This document shows, piece after piece, positions 31,367-35,008 of a DNA stretch of 35,008 nt. A program made the translations under genes and the position numbers. The stretch lies in IMG/VR virus record IMGVR_UViG_3300010331_000008; one strand, given 5' to 3'. This stretch comes from a virus. Each line of letters starts with the position of its first letter. Position 1 is the stretch's first letter. Under the pieces are notes generated by a model. The model was not told the DNA's origin. It worked only from the letters and a program-made list of their open reading frames with translations, and did no database searches.

Positions 31367-31948
31367 ATGGTTCATATAACATACCCTTATAACTATATGA
31401 CATACATTACTCAACCCAACCTTGAAGCAAAGCTCGGTAGAACATTAACGGCCAACGAATCAAGCTATTTTACTAGCGTATTAGCCCCATCAATTGACGC
31501 TTATATTGATAAACAAACCGGCACAACCTTTGGCGGTTCAACTCCATCAACCATCTACGTTGATGGTAATGATGAAGAACTTGTCGTAATCCCAACAATG
31601 CACACTATTACTGAGGTCAAACAAGACGAAGTTATTATGGCCGTCAATACTTATTCGCTATATCCTAGAGGTGCTGTTGATAGCCTAGCTATTAGAAACA
31701 CTGCCGACTGGAATAAAGGCGATGAGAATATATCAGTTACAGGCGTACTAGGTTACACAGTAATCCCTGCCGACATCAAACTTGCGGCCTTAGAACTTGC
31801 TACTAATTCGATGACCGAAATAGTCAACGGTTATAAGAGTGAATCTGTCGGTGATTGGTCTGTTAGTTATGACAATTCAATTAAAGGTATAACCCCACAA
31901 TCTCTCGGCATACTTGAGGGATACGCACGACTTAGCAGGAGAATGTAA
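31367..31948 (+). CDS. head-tail connector protein (gp6-like)
   Basis: The N-terminal pattern YITQPNLEAKLGRTLTANESSYFTSVLAPSIDAYIDKQTGTTFG is typical of gp6-like connectors. Position is consistent. Confidence 0.6.
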   Translation: MVHITYPYNYMTYITQPNLEAKLGRTLTANESSYFTSVLAPSIDAYIDKQTGTTFGGSTPSTIYVDGNDEELVVIPTMHTITEVKQDEVIMAVNTYSLYPRGAVDSLAIRNTADWNKGDENISVTGVLGYTVIPADIKLAALELATNSMTEIVNGYKSESVGDWSVSYDNSIKGITPQSLGILEGYARLSRRM

Positions 31949-32238
31949 TGAACTACCCACATAGCGCCTCAATCGAACGAAGTGCTTTAGTCGGTACTAA
32001 GTACGTCTTTTCAGTTGTCGGTTCGAGTGTTTGTTTTATACAGCCTATAAATGCCGAGGAAGTCCAACTGTTTGGGATTGCCTTTTCTAAAGGGTTCAAA
32101 TGCTATATGCCAATGACTGCTGATATAACGGCTGGCGATCGTGTCATCTTCAATGCTGAAACTTATGGGGTTAAAGGTGTTAGCACGTATAACTTTGGTA
32201 AATTACAACATAAAAAGATTGCTCTAGAAAAGTTATGA
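31948..32238 (+). CDS. head-tail adaptor / head closure protein
   Basis: 96 aa. ATGA-type overlap. The GDRVIFNAETYGVKGV motif resembles head-tail joining proteins. Confidence 0.5.
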   Translation: MNYPHSASIERSALVGTKYVFSVVGSSVCFIQPINAEEVQLFGIAFSKGFKCYMPMTADITAGDRVIFNAETYGVKGVSTYNFGKLQHKKIALEKL

Positions 32239-32621
32239 ACATATCTTTCACATCTAATGCTGACCAACTAAGAGCTGCTTTTAACAAAGCCCCTGCTCTA
32301 GTTACTCGTCATTTACAGAACTGGATTGAGACCTCATCGGCTCTAGTCGAGCGACAAGCTAAACAAGAAGTACCGGTCTTAGTCGGTCGCCTACAAAATA
32401 GTATCTTTCAAACGATTAGACCACTTTATGCTGCCGTTCAGCCTAACGCTGTTTATATGGGGTGGGTACATGACGGTGCTAAGTCACCATTTGCCCCACT
32501 TAAACTTCGAGGCAGTTCATACGGTGGCAATCCATTTATGACCAGAACCTACGTCAGTCTTAAACCACAGATTGAACGTAACGCTGAAAAAGCTGTAGAT
32601 AAAATATTGAGGAGTATCTAA
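32235..32621 (+). CDS. HK97 gp10-like neck / tail-completion protein
   Basis: VGRLQNSIFQ motif, size and position. Confidence 0.5.
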   Translation: MNISFTSNADQLRAAFNKAPALVTRHLQNWIETSSALVERQAKQEVPVLVGRLQNSIFQTIRPLYAAVQPNAVYMGWVHDGAKSPFAPLKLRGSSYGGNPFMTRTYVSLKPQIERNAEKAVDKILRSI

Positions 32622-33077
32622 ATGTCCATAACAAAAATCAAAGACAACGTACAAGCCTTACTAACGGCAACAGACTATTTTGTAACCGTTCTACCAGCAG
32701 CCCCATCACAACAGGCCGACTTTGCTGGTTATCCATCGGCTTGTCATTACTACATTGATACAGCCAGTGATTATGCGACAGTTAGCCAGAATCGACGAGT
32801 GATTGAGTATATTGTTGAGATGTATCTAGTCACGCCTACAACAGTTACCCTATCTGACCAGTTCGCTCAAGCCTATAAGCTACTTGATGACGTTATTGAT
32901 ATGTTCGACCATACTATAGACCTGTCAGAGGGTTTAGGCACTACACTGGGGCTTACACGAGCTTGTGAAGTAATGCGACCTGCGCCAGGAACGATGACAA
33001 GAGTAACTATTAACGACGGCCCGGGCTTAATGCTTGAAATAAGATTATTCTGTGAGATAGATAAGTCGTTCAGATAA
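32622..33077 (+). CDS. putative tail terminator / tail-component protein
   Basis: 151 aa. Assigned from its position between the gp10-like gene and the major tail protein. Confidence 0.4.
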   Translation: MSITKIKDNVQALLTATDYFVTVLPAAPSQQADFAGYPSACHYYIDTASDYATVSQNRRVIEYIVEMYLVTPTTVTLSDQFAQAYKLLDDVIDMFDHTIDLSEGLGTTLGLTRACEVMRPAPGTMTRVTINDGPGLMLEIRLFCEIDKSFR

Positions 33078-33081
33078 ATCT

Positions 33082-33093
33082 GTGATACCCTAA
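33082..33093 (+). promoter_or_regulatory. late promoter-like motif L5 (GTGATACCCTAA)
   Basis: Ends 6 nt before ATG 33100, with no SD. Confidence 0.55.
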
Positions 33094-33099
33094 ACTCAT

Positions 33100-33231
33100 A
33101 TGAAAGCGATTAACCCAACAGTTAAAGAAGTCAAAGAATTACAAACCTATACATTCCCTGAACTTGGCGTTGCTATCAAGGCTGAGAGTATGGAAGACGC
33201 AATAATTAAAGTTAAAAAGGAGATAAAGTAA
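33100..33231 (+). CDS. 43-aa hypothetical protein; not in the supplied ORF track
   Basis: Its stop overlaps the major-tail ATG (TAATG). Same motif-to-ATG spacing as the portal gene. Confidence 0.4.
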   Translation: MKAINPTVKEVKELQTYTFPELGVAIKAESMEDAIIKVKKEIK

Positions 33232-34214
33232 TGGCCGAACTTGGGAGACAAATTAAATATGGAATCGGTATTGAAACCGTTGCCGGTACTGCTGTACCAG
33301 CTACTAAGTGGATTAACCAGTTAAGTTTTGAGCTTAATCCTATATCAACTTACGCAACTAACAACGCTGCATGGGGTAACATCGTAAAAACTAACGGTGC
33401 TGATGTTCTTAGAACTCATACCGAGGGTAAATTAGAAGCTAAATTAACTGATATAACATCTGGGTACTTCTTACTAGGTGCTTTCGGTAGCGTCTCAAGT
33501 GCCTCAAATGCTGATGCTTCTGGCTTAGTCTTTGACCACACCTTTTCTATTAACGAAAACATCAACGGTAAAAGTTTTACATTAGTCCGTAAAGACGGTA
33601 TTGCAACTGAAGCCTTTGCGCTTGCTCGTATGGGTAAATGGGAATTGAGCATGAAGCTTGATGACTATATTACTTATTCGGCTGACATCATTGCTAAAAA
33701 AGGTGCATCAACGACTGCTACTGTTGCTTACGTTGAAGAGGCTGAGTTCGTACCAAAGCACATAACCGTTAAAACGGCTGCTGACCTTGCTGGTCTTACT
33801 GGTGCAACTGCTCAGACGACTGTTGAATCATTCACACTAACTGTTGACCCTAGCATTGAAATTGATTGGGAATCTGGAAGTGCTGACCCTGCTGGCATTA
33901 CTAGCCGGGGCTACGAAGCTTCATTTGAAATGACTTGCCGATACAACGATACAATATTCCAAGACGCTTACAAGAACGGCACAGCCCTTGCTCTACAAAT
34001 CACAGCCTTAAACTCTGATGTTACTATCGGAACTACTGCAAAGCCTAAACTTGTTATCACATCACCTAAGATGAATATCACAGACTGGACACGTAAAGAG
34101 GACTTAGACAGCCCACTTACACAGACAATGACTGGTACAATCCACTACAGCCCAGCCGATGCTAAAGCCATCACAGCTGTACTCACCAACAAAAAAGCCA
34201 CTTATATAGCTTAA
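33231..34214 (+). CDS. major tail protein
   Basis: 327 aa. Located upstream of the G/GT chaperone pair and the TMP. Confidence 0.65.
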   Translation: MAELGRQIKYGIGIETVAGTAVPATKWINQLSFELNPISTYATNNAAWGNIVKTNGADVLRTHTEGKLEAKLTDITSGYFLLGAFGSVSSASNADASGLVFDHTFSINENINGKSFTLVRKDGIATEAFALARMGKWELSMKLDDYITYSADIIAKKGASTTATVAYVEEAEFVPKHITVKTAADLAGLTGATAQTTVESFTLTVDPSIEIDWESGSADPAGITSRGYEASFEMTCRYNDTIFQDAYKNGTALALQITALNSDVTIGTTAKPKLVITSPKMNITDWTRKEDLDSPLTQTMTGTIHYSPADAKAITAVLTNKKATYIA

Positions 34215-34233
34215 TAAATTAAAAGGAGTTCCC

Positions 34234-34590
34234 ATGCAGGACACAATAGAAATTAAACTACCAGTAAGCGGTAAGACCGTTGTAATCCGAAACTACACCA
34301 CTCGTAACGATGATGAAAAGTCCGAGGATATACTTTACCTTGGTGTTAATGCTGACCAAAAATCAGGCGTTGCAGGTAGTGAGCAATCAGTTAAGTTCCC
34401 ACTAGCTAATGTTATGGCAAGTACCGAGGTTTATGTTAAACGACTTACTATCTCAATAGATGGCGAGACTAATAATATCGCTACACAACTAGGCGAGTTA
34501 CGATCAGCCGACTATGCCGCTATCCAAAAAGCCGTTGAGGAAGTAGTCGAAACAAACAGCCCAAAAGCGAGTACGGTCAAGAAAGCCTAG
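34234..34590 (+). CDS. tail assembly chaperone (G-like)
   Basis: 118 aa, between the major tail gene and the TMP. AAGGAG SD. Contains the slippery heptamer C CCA AAA at 34560-34566. Confidence 0.7.
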   Translation: MQDTIEIKLPVSGKTVVIRNYTTRNDDEKSEDILYLGVNADQKSGVAGSEQSVKFPLANVMASTEVYVKRLTISIDGETNNIATQLGELRSADYAAIQKAVEEVVETNSPKASTVKKA

Positions 34591-34790
34591 CTAAACGCTA
34601 CAATCGAGAGATTGACGACTATTCCAAAACCTTACGCTTCCCTAAATCTAACCAACAAATAAGCTCACGAATGGATGTAGTGCGTATTTGCGATGCCTTT
34701 GGGTGGACTTACCAACAGTATATTGAGCAACCTAGCTGGTTCATCACTTTGTTAATCGGTAAACGCTCGATTGATAGCCAGAAGAAATAA
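34566..34790 (+). CDS. -1 frameshift extension of the tail assembly chaperone (GT-like product: 34234..34566 joined to 34566..34790)
   Basis: The -1 frame is open from 34539 to the TAA at 34788-34790 and has no upstream start of its own. The heptamer is in the correct X XXY YYZ phase. Confidence 0.6.
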   Translation, partial: SEYGQESLAKRYNREIDDYSKTLRFPKSNQQISSRMDVVRICDAFGWTYQQYIEQPSWFITLLIGKRSIDSQKK

Positions 34791-34798
34791 CTAATTTC

Positions 34799-34810
34799 GT
34801 GATACCCTAA
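34799..34810 (+). promoter_or_regulatory. late promoter-like motif L6 (GTGATACCCTAA)
   Basis: 12 nt upstream of the TMP ATG, with no SD. Confidence 0.55.
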
Positions 34811-34822
34811 ACTTATAAAACT

Positions 34823-35008
34823 ATGAATGATAAAACCCTACAGATTGTAATCAAGGCACAAGACCAAGCCAGTAAAGTTATGTCGCAAGTAGGCGACAGA
34901 ATAGAAGCCGTCGGAAGTAAAATGCGAGACATCGGCAAAAGTATGACCGCAATGGTAACTTTACCGATAGTCGCAGGCTTCGGTTTAGCTATAAAAGCCG
35001 CCTCTGAC
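34823..35008 (+). CDS. tape measure protein, N-terminal part; continues at base 1 of the circular genome
   Basis: ATG 34823 is in frame with the ORF at 1-1419. Bases 34886-35008 duplicate 1-123. Confidence 0.8.
   Translation, partial: MNDKTLQIVIKAQDQASKVMSQVGDRIEAVGSKMRDIGKSMTAMVTLPIVAGFGLAIKAASD
34886..35008 (+). repeat. 123-bp terminal overlap, identical to bases 1-123 (circular closure of the assembly)
   Basis: Direct comparison of both ends: caagtaggcgacagaatagaagcc...aaaagccgcctctgac. Confidence 0.95.

Overview
The window is a complete, circularly closed genome of a tailed phage, about 34,885 bp. Bases 1-123 are repeated exactly at 34886-35008, and the tape-measure ORF reads through that junction. 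The phage is siphovirus-like with an HK97-type head module. Every gene but one is on the + strand.

Gene order:
- Tail tip and fibre: 1-5488.
- Membrane-protein-rich lysis cassette: 5521-7707.
- Small unknown genes: 7707-8825.
- A 1.35-kb almost ORF-free regulatory island: 8826-10173. It holds the only minus-strand gene, two candidate convergent small RNAs and several terminators and hairpins.
- Early region: 10174-20186. It encodes a Rad52-like annealase, a C5 DNA methyltransferase, a NinG-like nuclease, a lytic-transglycosylase-like protein, a hexapeptide-repeat protein, a KGG-repeat protein, a CAP/SCP-domain protein and many orphan ORFs.
- Packaging, head and tail: 20235-34790. This includes TerS, TerL, a portal-MuF fusion, an HNH endonuclease, a 241-aa plus 813-aa insert, the prohead protease, the major capsid protein, an HNH-AP2 endonuclease, connector proteins, the major tail protein, and G/GT chaperones with a CCCAAAA slippery site.

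Two promoter-like motif families partition the genome:
- Early genes carry a sigma70-like TTGCAt-N17-TACAAT with a conserved CATTAGCG spacer block.
- Late genes carry six copies of (G)TGATACCCTAA, which reads as an extended -10 with no -35.

I recognised no integrase, repressor, DNA polymerase, primase, helicase, tRNA or CRISPR array. All functional calls come from reading motifs by eye; no database search was run.
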